The notes beneath the pieces are model-generated. The model was not told the origin of the DNA. It saw only the letters and a program-made list of their open reading frames with translations, and did not search any database. From the NCBI GenBank assembly GCA_964636405.1, contig CAZWSI010000007.1, forward strand, positions 1,697 to 65,696: a stretch of 64,000 nt of DNA, read 5' to 3'. Numbering within the stretch: position 1 is the stretch's first letter; every line of letters starts with the position of its first letter. The translations under genes were made by a program, and so were the position numbers. This document shows positions 30,619 through 39,149 of the stretch, one piece after another. Source of the DNA: an uncultured Oscillospiraceae bacterium. Its GTDB lineage: Bacteria; Bacillota; Clostridia; Christensenellales; CAG-138.

Positions 30619-31560
30619 ATGTTTTCCTGCGTGCGCAGCCATGGGTTGAGTGGGCTAACCGGCTTTCCCGTGCGCGTCGAAACGGACGTGTCAAACGGCC
30701 TCCCCGCCTTCGACGTGGTGGGCTTGCCCGACGCGGCCGTAAAGGAATCACGCGAACGCGTGCGCGCCGCCATGAAGAACGCGGGCTTCGTGTTCCCCGC
30801 CGCGCGCATTACGGTCAATCTCTCGCCTGCCGACATGCGCAAGGAGGGCAGCGTATACGACCTTCCCATCGCCGTTTCGCTGCTTGCCGCGTCCGGCCAG
30901 CTTCCGCAAAAGGAGCTGATGGATATCGTGTTCTTAGGCGAGCTTGCGCTCGACGGCGCGGTTCGGCCCATCGCGGGCATTTTGCCCATGGTCATCGACG
31001 CGGCGGCTGGCGGCGCGCGGCGCTTTGCCGTGCCGTGCGGAAACGCGGAGGAGGCCGCCTGTGCGGCCGGCGCCGAGGTGCTGCCTGTGCCGACCCTGCG
31101 CGCGCTTGTGGAGCATATGAACGGCGCTTCGCCCATTGCGCCCGGGCAATCGCGCGTTTGGCGCGGCGACGAGCTTATCTACGGCGCGGATTTTGCGGAT
31201 ATCAAGGGCCAGCAGGGGGCCAAGCGCGCCGCCGAGGTAGCGGTCGCGGGCGGGCACAATCTGCTGCTGATCGGCACGCCCGGCTCCGGCAAAACGATGC
31301 TTGCGCGCAGAATCCCGTCCATTCTTCCCGAGCTTAGCTATGAGGAAGCGCTGGAGATCACCAAAATTCATTCCATCGTGGGCGCGACCAAGGGTTGCGG
31401 ACTCGTGCGGGAGCGGCCCTTTCGCGCGCCCCATCACGGCGCGTCGTCGGCGGCCATGGTGGGCGGCGGCGCGCGGGCGCTGCCGGGCGAAATCAGCCTT
31501 GCGCATTACGGCGTTCAATTACAACCATGCTCGACATGCTGGGGATTGATGATTGCTTGA
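30619..31560 (+). pseudogene. comM: comM/yifB (Mg-chelatase-like competence ATPase), 5' part, interrupted after nt 31514
   Basis: Lon-like N-domain and Walker A GTPGSGKTM. Homology runs to ...GEISLAHYGV, then switches to unrelated sequence and a stop at 31560. The missing LFLDELPE... continues at 46550. Confidence 0.85.
31509..31514. repeat. left copy of the 6-bp direct repeat CGGCGT flanking the island
   Basis: Identical hexamer at 46544-46549; both lie on the comM reading frame break. Confidence 0.7.
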
Positions 31561-31585
31561 AAAGTGCCTAAAATTGGCACTTTTT
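31561..31585 (+). terminator. hairpin with T-run at the left edge of the island
   Basis: AAAGTGCC (31561-31568) / GGCACTTT (31576-31583), 7-nt loop, followed by TT. Confidence 0.5.
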
Positions 31586-31796
31586 CCCTACTGTGACGCT
31601 GGCTATCCACAGTTTAGGACGTGTGATTTAAGGCAAACAAGCTAATCTGCTGCTGTATTCGCGCAAAAACGGGGTGCATTTTGGCCGAAAAGTACAGCAC
31701 TGAATGTACTGTTTGGCAAAATGGTAACAATTTGACGAAACAGAAAAGTTGATATTCGTTTCGCGTATGGAGAAGACGAAAGGCGGATTATTGATA

Positions 31797-31826
31797 CTGA
31801 CAACTGCATAGCCGGTGTGGTATAAT
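31797..31826 (+). promoter_or_regulatory. putative promoter of the methyltransferase operon
   Basis: CTGACA (31797-31802), 18-bp spacer, TGg-TATAAT extended -10 (31818-31826); about 50 bp upstream of the first ORF. Confidence 0.5.
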
Positions 31827-31877
31827 CTAATATCGACACATTTTGTCATGTAACACATATTTTTGAGGAGATAGGCT

Positions 31878-32066
31878 ATGTTAGTATTCACAACAAAAAT
31901 ACCTCTAAAAGCCGATACTACGCAAAAACAATGTGTAGAGTTGTTTATTAAGTGGGTTTCAGATGCGTACCAGTATCCGTTTGCTTATCATGACTTTGCG
32001 GAATATGATTGCGAAGGACATCAGGACTTGACTATGCTCTGCACACATTTGATGGAGAAAAGGTAG
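31878..32066 (+). CDS. 62-aa hypothetical protein, first gene of the methyltransferase operon
   Basis: GAGGAG 7 nt upstream of the ATG; stop is 2 nt before the methyltransferase ATG; no recognisable motif. Confidence 0.4.
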   Translation: MLVFTTKIPLKADTTQKQCVELFIKWVSDAYQYPFAYHDFAEYDCEGHQDLTMLCTHLMEKR

Positions 32067-32068
32067 CT

Positions 32069-33265
32069 ATGGCAAAAATCGACGGACTAACTAATGCGAA
32101 ACATAATAAAAAGGATGAATTCTATACACAATATGATGTAATCCAAGATGAGATTAATGGATATTTAGAATTCGATGAGAATACATTTCGAGGTAAGACA
32201 GTACTACTTCCCTGCGACGATCCGGAATGGAGCAACTTTACACGCTTTTTTGCACAAAATTTTGAGACCTTAGGACTCAGAAAACTGATTTCCACTAGTT
32301 ATGCTCCAAATAGTAACAAAAACAGAAATCATCAGTACTCTCTTTTTGATATATCGGAGAATATGGAGAGTCCTGGTGATACGAGTGAAACAAGAGGGCG
32401 CATTTTCATTCTTGAGAGAGAGGCCAATAGTTCACGCAAGGTAGATATCAATGATTTGGAATGGTCATACCTTGATGGCGATGGCGATTTTCGAAGCTCT
32501 GAGGTTAATGAGCTATGCGATGAAGCCGATGTTGTGATTACAAACCCGCCCTTTTCACTATTTAAGGAGTTTTTTCAGTGGCTTATTCGTAAGAAGAAAC
32601 TATTTCTAATCATTGGCAGTCAGATGTCAATTACATATAGCGAGGTTTTTCCTTTAATTCAAGCAAACAAGGTTTGGTTAGGGCCGTCAATTCATAGTGG
32701 CGATAGAGAATTTCGAGTGCCGGATGATTATCCATTAAAAGCAGTTGGAAACAGAATTGATAGTTATGGAAATAAGTATATTCGTGTTAAGGGAGTAAGA
32801 TGGTTTACGAACCTTGATCACGGTCGTCGACACCAACCTTTGGAATTGATGACGATGGCAGATAACATCAAATACAGCAAACATAAGGAAGTGCGTGGTG
32901 TTGGCTATATCAAATATGATAATTACGATGTGATAGAAGTTCCATATACGGATGCTATACCTAAAGACTATTTGGGGATAATGGGTGTGCCGCTTACTTT
33001 TCTTGATAAGTATAACCCACAGCAATTTGACATTATTGGAAGCTCACAAACAGGATGTCACCCTGATTCAATGGTTCTTAGGAGTTATAAGGATTACAAG
33101 GGATACAAGCAAAACGGCAGCTTAACAGGAAGAACAGGCAGTACATGTGGGCATAACCCGATGATCCTGAAGAATGACGGTATTCACGATTACTATATGA
33201 ATAGTGAGGGAAGGACTGTGCAATCGGGTAACAGCAGGATATTTATTAGAAAGAGGGAAGAATAA
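32069..33265 (+). CDS. N6-adenine DNA methyltransferase, EcoRI-methylase-like family
   Basis: DEFYT motif near the N-terminus, VLLPCDD, catalytic VITNPPFS; start ATG 32069 (MAKIDGL) after GGAGAAAAGG. Confidence 0.8.
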   Translation: MAKIDGLTNAKHNKKDEFYTQYDVIQDEINGYLEFDENTFRGKTVLLPCDDPEWSNFTRFFAQNFETLGLRKLISTSYAPNSNKNRNHQYSLFDISENMESPGDTSETRGRIFILEREANSSRKVDINDLEWSYLDGDGDFRSSEVNELCDEADVVITNPPFSLFKEFFQWLIRKKKLFLIIGSQMSITYSEVFPLIQANKVWLGPSIHSGDREFRVPDDYPLKAVGNRIDSYGNKYIRVKGVRWFTNLDHGRRHQPLELMTMADNIKYSKHKEVRGVGYIKYDNYDVIEVPYTDAIPKDYLGIMGVPLTFLDKYNPQQFDIIGSSQTGCHPDSMVLRSYKDYKGYKQNGSLTGRTGSTCGHNPMILKNDGIHDYYMNSEGRTVQSGNSRIFIRKREE

Positions 33266-34440
33266 TGGATACGACGTTGCGTACCGATATAACCGTTGAG
33301 GAAGTGTGTAAAGGCTTTGTATATAATGAATTAGAAGGGAAAGGGCTTTTCGGATTATCGGGTAAACTAGTTATCCAACCTGAATACCAGCGCAACTATC
33401 TATATGCTGAAGCAAAAAAGGAAGAAGCTGTCATCAGATCGGTTTTACGAGGTTATCCGCTTGGCCTTATATATTTTAACAAGGTTGGCGATGAGAAATT
33501 CGAAGTCTTAGACGGCCAACAAAGAATAACTAGCCTTGGACGTTTTATAACTGGCAAGTTTCCTTTGTTTGACAAGAATGGTTTACCCCACTATTTTACT
33601 TCCATGCCTGAAGACCAAGTAAGAATAGTCAATGAAAAGAGACTTACTATATACATTTGCGAGGGAGAGGAAACAGAATTAAAGGAATGGTTTAAAACAA
33701 TCAACATTGAAGGAATTGCATTAAAGCCGCAAGAAATTGCCAATTCGGTTTACTGTGGCCCCTTTGTTACCAAGGCAAAAGAAGAGTTCAGCAATACGCA
33801 CAATGCAAATATTCAGAAATGGGGCGCATATATCAAGGGAAGTGTGAGCCGACAGGACTATTTGCGTGTTGCATTGGAATGGGTCACGAGAAGTCGAGAT
33901 GAAGACGTGATTGGCACATATATGAGCAAGCATCGATATGATAATACTATTTCTGAATTACGGGGATACTTCAGCAGCGTTATTGACTGGGTTTCTGGAG
34001 TGTTTTCTGATGTGAAGTCAGAGATGAGAGGACTAGAATGGGGAAGGCTATATGATGCATATCATTCTACTCCTTATGATCCGGCATATGTATCAACCCA
34101 AGTTCATGCGTTATACGCAGATGACTATGTGCATGATAAAAGGGGTATATTCGAGTATATCTTAGGAGGTTGTACTGACACGAGATTACTCGAAATTCGA
34201 CTATTTGAAGAATCGACAAAAAAAGCCAAGTATACGCAACAGACTGATGCCGCGAAAGCAGCGGGTGAGTCCAATTGCCCTCTTTGCGCCATTGGCCACG
34301 ATGCTAATGCAAAGCGCATATGGAATTTCAATGAAATGGATGCTGATCATGTAACAGCATGGACAAAAGGTGGAGCAACGAGTATTAAGAATTGCCAGAT
34401 GCTATGTAAAACCCATAATCGTGCAAAAGGAAACAAGTAG
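33265..34440 (+). CDS. DUF262 (ParB/Srx-like, GmrSD N-terminal type) domain fused to a C-terminal HNH nuclease
   Basis: IQPEYQRNY and LDGQQRITSLGRF (DUF262 signatures); C-terminal CPLC...DADHVTAWTKGG...NCQMLCKTHNRAKGN (HNH). TAATG overlap with the methyltransferase stop. Confidence 0.8.
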   Translation: MDTTLRTDITVEEVCKGFVYNELEGKGLFGLSGKLVIQPEYQRNYLYAEAKKEEAVIRSVLRGYPLGLIYFNKVGDEKFEVLDGQQRITSLGRFITGKFPLFDKNGLPHYFTSMPEDQVRIVNEKRLTIYICEGEETELKEWFKTINIEGIALKPQEIANSVYCGPFVTKAKEEFSNTHNANIQKWGAYIKGSVSRQDYLRVALEWVTRSRDEDVIGTYMSKHRYDNTISELRGYFSSVIDWVSGVFSDVKSEMRGLEWGRLYDAYHSTPYDPAYVSTQVHALYADDYVHDKRGIFEYILGGCTDTRLLEIRLFEESTKKAKYTQQTDAAKAAGESNCPLCAIGHDANAKRIWNFNEMDADHVTAWTKGGATSIKNCQMLCKTHNRAKGNK

Positions 34441-34476
34441 CACTCGATTGGGAAAGGTAAGTTGGGGGAGAAACAC

Positions 34477-34647
34477 ATGGCCGAGTTTTGCTTAGATTAT
34501 TTGAGAAAGCTGGATAAAAAGGACTACAAAAGATGGCAGGTGCGCCTGTCATTGACAAAGGACTTATGCGAAGGCTGTGGCGAGTGGAAAAGGGTAGTTA
34601 TGGGCTTTCGTGGAGACCGGCCGTGGTTCTTCTGGTGGTGGCGTTGA
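34477..34647 (+). CDS. small Cys-containing hypothetical protein with a Trp-rich tail
   Basis: GGGGGAG RBS before ATG 34477 (MAEFCLD...CEGCGEW...); ends 5 bp from the convergent HIRAN gene. Confidence 0.4.
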   Translation: MAEFCLDYLRKLDKKDYKRWQVRLSLTKDLCEGCGEWKRVVMGFRGDRPWFFWWWR

Positions 34648-34652
34648 CTGCA

Positions 34653-36272
34653 CTATTGTAAGCCGCCGGGAAACTGGATGATATTCCCCTGCGAGGAAAC
34701 AGCCCTTGAGATATAGACGGTAATGGGCGGTTTTCCTTCATAGCATGTCGGATCAACGCCAAGAATCGCATATAGCTTCTCGCCAGCATCCATCAACTGT
34801 GCTAACGGTGGGTTTTCGGCTTTGGGAATATACCCAAGCACATAGCCGTCCTCAGTAGTGACAAGGATTGCATTGCTATCGTATTTATTGTCCGGCTCCC
34901 GTTTAAGAAATAGCGTGTCCCCGTCCTCCAGTACACCGGTGACAACATCCATATCACGGAAAAATGTACCAGCAATTTCTGTGTCTAGGATGGGTTTATC
35001 AGCTACAGACGAGGAAACAGTAATGTCCCCGACATCAACATATCGCTGTTCTTTCTTGTCGTCCACCTTTATACCGAGCAGCCTCTTGATCCGTTTTGCG
35101 ATCTTGGGATCGGGTTCCGTTTCACAAGCCTTCTCCAGCGCCGGGATGACTGCACTCGACCATTGAGCGCGGATCAGACGTAGCGTCGTGATCGCTTCGA
35201 TACGCAAATCCTGAAATCTGGCTGACAGGCAGGAGCGGCATAACTGTTCGCATTCGAATTTGACGGTTTTCCGAGCCTTAAGAAGATAGATGAGCCATAC
35301 ATCCGGGCGGTGTTTAGGGGTAAGTTCATCTTTATCAAGGATTTCCGGCTTCTCCAGCACATCACTTGGGACAACGGACAGAATCCGCTCCGCGATTTCG
35401 GCAGCGTAGTTTTGTGGGTGGTCGATCAGAACAAACTTAGCAATGTCCATATCAAAGGGGTCTCTGTCCAGCATGTGCGAGAATGCCTCAAACGTGGGCA
35501 GCGGGAAGCTGTAATCAAAAGCGTATGAAGTCAGGACTTTGATGATAACGGCGTTGCTCTCTGTGGGTTCGTCCATTTCAGTTATGAGCCGATTCCATCT
35601 GTACTTATCCGAGCGTTGGTACTTCGCGCACTGATCCCGGATAGCGTTCTCATGATCGCTGCTCCAGCCGTTGCTTTTTTGGACATCGTCGCCGGACTGC
35701 TTCCAGAATGGAGTCATGGAATGGTCTATCAGGACAAGCGCGGATAAATCGATAAACTCCTTCACATGCTTCTCTGCCGCAGTCATGTACTTGTCAACGA
35801 GCATCCGACTAACCGCAAATTCCTTTACATCGGTTTCAAGAAAGGCGTATGTGAAAAGGCGGGACAGGGCATAGATACCCAGCTTAACTTCATTGATAAC
35901 AGCGCAGTCACGGGCCAGCATGAGCGCAAATCGGTATAGTTGGTCACGGTCGATTATCACCTCGTCACTGTATGATCTTATGCGACGCAAGAACGCCTTC
36001 GCATAGGTGAACTGCGGAATCATGCTCAAAGCGTTTGACAGTTCCTCAGTTACGATTTGCCGGGAAACGGCTTCAACTAGCAGATCGCAACACACTTTCG
36101 AGAACTTGTCCTGCATATCGCCGGGCATGTCATTCCGGAATAGTGTGTAAGCCACATCATCTTTCCCGGCGTGTAAAGCATCCTGAAATGCATACGGTGT
36201 GCCGGGTGTTGTCTCTAAACACTGGCAGATGAATTGATAAGCACTAATTTGTTTCTCATTTTTATCGCTCAT
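34653..36272 (-). CDS. 539-aa protein: helical (HEAT-like) region plus C-terminal HIRAN domain
   Basis: C-terminus GDTLFLKREPDNKYDSNAILVTTEDGYVLGYIPK matches the HIRAN signature; RIEAITTLRLI...IPALEKACETEPDPKIAKRIKRLLG looks HEAT-like; GGAGG 5 nt before the ATG. Confidence 0.75.
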   Translation of the reverse strand: MSDKNEKQISAYQFICQCLETTPGTPYAFQDALHAGKDDVAYTLFRNDMPGDMQDKFSKVCCDLLVEAVSRQIVTEELSNALSMIPQFTYAKAFLRRIRSYSDEVIIDRDQLYRFALMLARDCAVINEVKLGIYALSRLFTYAFLETDVKEFAVSRMLVDKYMTAAEKHVKEFIDLSALVLIDHSMTPFWKQSGDDVQKSNGWSSDHENAIRDQCAKYQRSDKYRWNRLITEMDEPTESNAVIIKVLTSYAFDYSFPLPTFEAFSHMLDRDPFDMDIAKFVLIDHPQNYAAEIAERILSVVPSDVLEKPEILDKDELTPKHRPDVWLIYLLKARKTVKFECEQLCRSCLSARFQDLRIEAITTLRLIRAQWSSAVIPALEKACETEPDPKIAKRIKRLLGIKVDDKKEQRYVDVGDITVSSSVADKPILDTEIAGTFFRDMDVVTGVLEDGDTLFLKREPDNKYDSNAILVTTEDGYVLGYIPKAENPPLAQLMDAGEKLYAILGVDPTCYEGKPPITVYISRAVSSQGNIIQFPGGLQ

Positions 36273-36316
36273 TTAGGCCTCCACTTGCGTAACCAGTCTT
36301 CACAGCCATCCGCCTG

Positions 36317-36508
36317 CTAAGAGTTGATTTTCGCTAGAATTTGCTTCTGCATATCGAGCAAAGAATCCAGTTTTGCGGATACCACATTCTCAAAGAATGA
36401 GTCGATCCGAGCCAGCTGCTCATGTGCCGAACCTAAACTGGCGCTCGTGTCTTCCATTCGCGCAGCTAAATCTGTTGCCATTTCGAGGATTTTTTCGTTA
36501 TTGGTCAT
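36317..36508 (-). CDS. 63-aa predicted coiled-coil protein
   Basis: ATGA start/stop overlap with the upstream gene; heptad-like Leu/Ala pattern; no known motif. Confidence 0.5.
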   Translation of the reverse strand: MTNNEKILEMATDLAARMEDTSASLGSAHEQLARIDSFFENVVSAKLDSLLDMQKQILAKINS

Positions 36509-36948
36509 CGTTCTGCCTCCCTACGCAACGCATTTGTTATTTCTAAGTAAAGCGGATATAACTGATCTGTCTCTATGAAATTTCCCTTAAGAGAGGCATT
36601 CCATAGATGGGGATTACTGCCTTTACAGAACGAGGCGTAAAACGGGTTCTCGTATCCGACATAAACAGGAGTGCCATCAGGAAACTGATCGCTTGTGATA
36701 TCAACAATCAAGCCAGCATTCTCAAGCCATGCGTGTGATAAGCTACAGCGTTCTTTTTGTATGTATTGATAATCGCCAAGGCCGGAAGCAGCTAGAAAGG
36801 CTCCTAACATGAGCGAAGTGCATCCGCACGTCCCATGCGGAAAGTGCGAAAATGGCAAGTAAATCCGACCAACATCGATGCTCTCAATAGCTTTGCGGAA
36901 TGATAAGGCAGCGGATTTAACTTTTGTTTGATACTCTGAGTCTGTCAT
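36505..36948 (-). CDS. 147-aa protein with Cys-His-Asp arrangement (transglutaminase-like / papain-fold candidate)
   Basis: GTCGCTSLMLGAFL (Cys at helix start), SHAWLE (His) and IVDITSDQF (Asp), in the order and spacing typical of transglutaminase-like cysteine peptidases; ATGA overlaps on both sides. Confidence 0.5.
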   Translation of the reverse strand: MTDSEYQTKVKSAALSFRKAIESIDVGRIYLPFSHFPHGTCGCTSLMLGAFLAASGLGDYQYIQKERCSLSHAWLENAGLIVDITSDQFPDGTPVYVGYENPFYASFCKGSNPHLWNASLKGNFIETDQLYPLYLEITNALRREAER

Positions 36949-37541
36949 GCTGTGGCATACTCCAATTCGGCGATGGTGTTCTGTACAACCTCATTATAAG
37001 GGTTTTGCGGCGAAAGCCAATCATTAATTCTGTCTTGCTGGATCATCACAGGCATCCGAGCATGGATCGACCTGATACTGTCGGCCGCGTCCATCGTTAG
37101 AATAGAGAAACAGGGGATGTGGTCTTTCGATGAACGGATATAGAGGCCAGCCATATAAAGCGGCCCGGATTTGGGTTTTATAGCATATTTGATTTTTTTG
37201 CCGTCTGCCTTTTGCCACTCGTAGTAGCATGAAGCGGGGATCAAACATCGGCGATCATCAATGCTTGTTGCAAACAACGCTTTTTCTGCCGCTGTTTCAC
37301 TCCTCGTATTGAAGACCAGCATGCCACGGGATGGATGAATAAAGCCCCATTTCATTGGGAAGGCATCTGGCTGACGATTCTTTGCGTTTGGAGCGATTAC
37401 AGTGGCGATATTAGTTGGTCGGACTTCTCCGGAAGCGACTAGAGGCACCTGCAAGCTGTCGGCGCGGCGTTGCGCCTCCGCAAAGTAACCGGCTAGTACA
37501 ACATCCGGGTCATCATCTGCGATATAATACCTGCCGCACAT
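36945..37541 (-). CDS. SRAP-domain protein (YedK/HMCES family abasic-site processing protein)
   Basis: N-terminal MCGRY (catalytic Cys2), NTRSET, RCLIPASCYYEW, IHARMPV motifs; GAGGAGG RBS. Confidence 0.85.
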   Translation of the reverse strand: MCGRYYIADDDPDVVLAGYFAEAQRRADSLQVPLVASGEVRPTNIATVIAPNAKNRQPDAFPMKWGFIHPSRGMLVFNTRSETAAEKALFATSIDDRRCLIPASCYYEWQKADGKKIKYAIKPKSGPLYMAGLYIRSSKDHIPCFSILTMDAADSIRSIHARMPVMIQQDRINDWLSPQNPYNEVVQNTIAELEYATA

Positions 37542-37561
37542 GAGAGCCTCCTCTCTTAATC

Positions 37562-38170
37562 CTAACGCGCCGTGAAGTGTTCCACCCTGTCAACCCATTT
37601 CAATGGGATTTCCCACAGTGTTGCCTGTATGATCTGCTCATCTGCACGGCCGTACAAATAATTGTCATCGGCAAGGTCTGTGCTGAAAATGCGTTGCCAG
37701 CTTTCTCTGAGTTCACCTCGAAGCTGAAGCATTGCATCGGTTTGGACGTCAAGGTTCTGCAAATCATGAAAAGTGTAGCCGCACTCTTTGTATTCGCTTT
37801 CAAAGCGCGAATCATCAGCCTCGTTAAGCGGGACGTAATCGCCATTGAACATAATGGTGTACGCATCGAAATTGGACAACACTACAGCGTTGCTTGGCGC
37901 ATTAAAGGTGATGCGTACAAACCTTTCACCTCTCATGCCATGCCCGCTAGAACGCAAATTCGGGCGCGGGTGCTTTTTGCCGCGCCACCAATACCACGCC
38001 CAGACGGGGAAATGTGTACCGGACGGCGGCGGGCCAAGTCGGAGTGTCATCTGCTCTGCCATCCACCGATAACACTCATATAGAGCGCCATCCTCCGGTT
38101 GTGCGAAAGTGAAAGCGTCATTTGCCCGCAGCGATCCCATGCGCTCCATTTCACGGTATCGCCGTATCAT
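37562..38170 (-). CDS. DUF3841-like protein
   Basis: YRWMAEQM...GPPPSGTHFPVWAWYWW... resembles DUF3841. Start uncertain (ATG 38170 or 38149); the 260-aa ORF-track version overlaps the upstream 72-aa ORF. Confidence 0.55.
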   Translation of the reverse strand: MIRRYREMERMGSLRANDAFTFAQPEDGALYECYRWMAEQMTLRLGPPPSGTHFPVWAWYWWRGKKHPRPNLRSSGHGMRGERFVRITFNAPSNAVVLSNFDAYTIMFNGDYVPLNEADDSRFESEYKECGYTFHDLQNLDVQTDAMLQLRGELRESWQRIFSTDLADDNYLYGRADEQIIQATLWEIPLKWVDRVEHFTAR

Positions 38171-38369
38171 AAGGTTCCTGATACTGCGTGATATACTCGT
38201 TGCGGTATGGAATCCGCGAAATCGCGAAACCTCTCCCGATACGGTTATATACGGAGCTTCCATCGACCGATAGCTCGTTCTTCTTTTGTACCAAGATTGG
38301 CTCGCATACGATAATGTTCGCCATACGCGGATCGTAAAGCACATACGAATCGCAGAGTATCCGGTACAT
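38151..38369 (-). CDS. 72-aa hypothetical protein, first ORF of the minus-strand operon
   Basis: AAGGAG 8 nt upstream of the ATG; no recognisable motif. Confidence 0.35.
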   Translation of the reverse strand: MYRILCDSYVLYDPRMANIIVCEPILVQKKNELSVDGSSVYNRIGRGFAISRIPYRNEYITQYQEPYDTAIP

Positions 38370-38520
38370 TTATAGCGCTCCTTTCCGGTAGGTGAACGTG
38401 ATTGAGCCAGTTCCTATGATTTCAACTTCCGTATCACCCTCCACGAGTACAAGCGAAGGCACGACATACCAGTTCGTTTTACACACACATAGGATCGCAC
38501 ACGCTTATGGGTAAACAAAA

Positions 38521-38550
38521 ACCGTCCGCCGGTTTGATCCGTCGGACGGT
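38521..38550 (-). terminator. bidirectional rho-independent terminator
   Basis: ACCGTCCG (38521-38528) / CGGACGGT (38543-38550) flanked by an A-run and a T-run; it separates the orphan 142-aa gene from the SRAP/HIRAN operon. Confidence 0.7.
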
Positions 38551-38618
38551 TTTTGTTCCGCTCCGCTATGGCCCTCGATATGACCAATAACAGATTTGTT
38601 GTTTGCCTAATGATTCGC

Positions 38619-39047
38619 TTAGTTGTGCATTGCCTTCTTTTTCAGAATGACGGTTTTAAACTTCCAGCCGTTCGCCTTCGCTATCTCCTTCACGGTTTTC
38701 GGGATGGCGCCAAGGTCAAAGTTGTATTCAAACACCTTGCCCTCGGGTCCGTACTGCACGCTCTTGACCTTGCGAAACAGTGTGCTACCGCTCTGGAAGG
38801 ACGATTCCCCGCTCATGCCAAAGGAAACACCCGCGCTAATCTCTGTGGTCTTTTCATACATATTGATCGTTTTATCCGACTCGTCTGCCAAAATCATTGA
38901 TTCATAGCGAATTTTCTTTTTACCCGTACTGAAACCTGCATCAAGCAATTCGACATCAATTGCAAGATCGGTATGGGCATCCGGTTTTGCTTGCACGCCG
39001 ATTGCGGCAAGCTGAGACTCGATTTGAGCAAGCATTTGTTGTTTCAC
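38619..39047 (-). CDS. 142-aa hypothetical protein (orphan, own promoter)
   Basis: GGAGGG 7 nt before GTG 39047; TGtTATACT extended -10-like element upstream on the minus strand; no known motif. Confidence 0.5.
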   Translation of the reverse strand: MKQQMLAQIESQLAAIGVQAKPDAHTDLAIDVELLDAGFSTGKKKIRYESMILADESDKTINMYEKTTEISAGVSFGMSGESSFQSGSTLFRKVKSVQYGPEGKVFEYNFDLGAIPKTVKEIAKANGWKFKTVILKKKAMHN

Positions 39048-39149
39048 CAGCGTACCCTCCAATTCGATTTGTTATAATGTAAGTATAACACAGTTCCGGT
39101 TGGTCAACAATTATTTTGCCCGGCGTTAGGGAATGACTTCAACCAAACA

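Noticed and set aside
31515-31560. Terminal inverted repeats of the island (left end versus the reverse complement of 46500-46543)
   Set aside because: Only a weak resemblance (ATTACAAC versus CTTACGAC), which is not enough to call a TIR or a Tn7-like end.
37562-38344. 260-aa version of the DUF3841-like ORF
   Set aside because: The first ~58-65 codons overlap the separately RBS-supported 72-aa ORF in another frame and look non-protein-like. A shorter start (38170 or 38149) is preferred. A sequencing frameshift that fuses the two ORFs cannot be excluded.
38372-38480. Short open frame (…LVLVEGDTEVEIIGTGSITFTYRKGAL) upstream of the 72-aa ORF
   Set aside because: No ATG and no RBS, at most ~36 codons. 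It is probably a remnant or non-coding leader of the operon.
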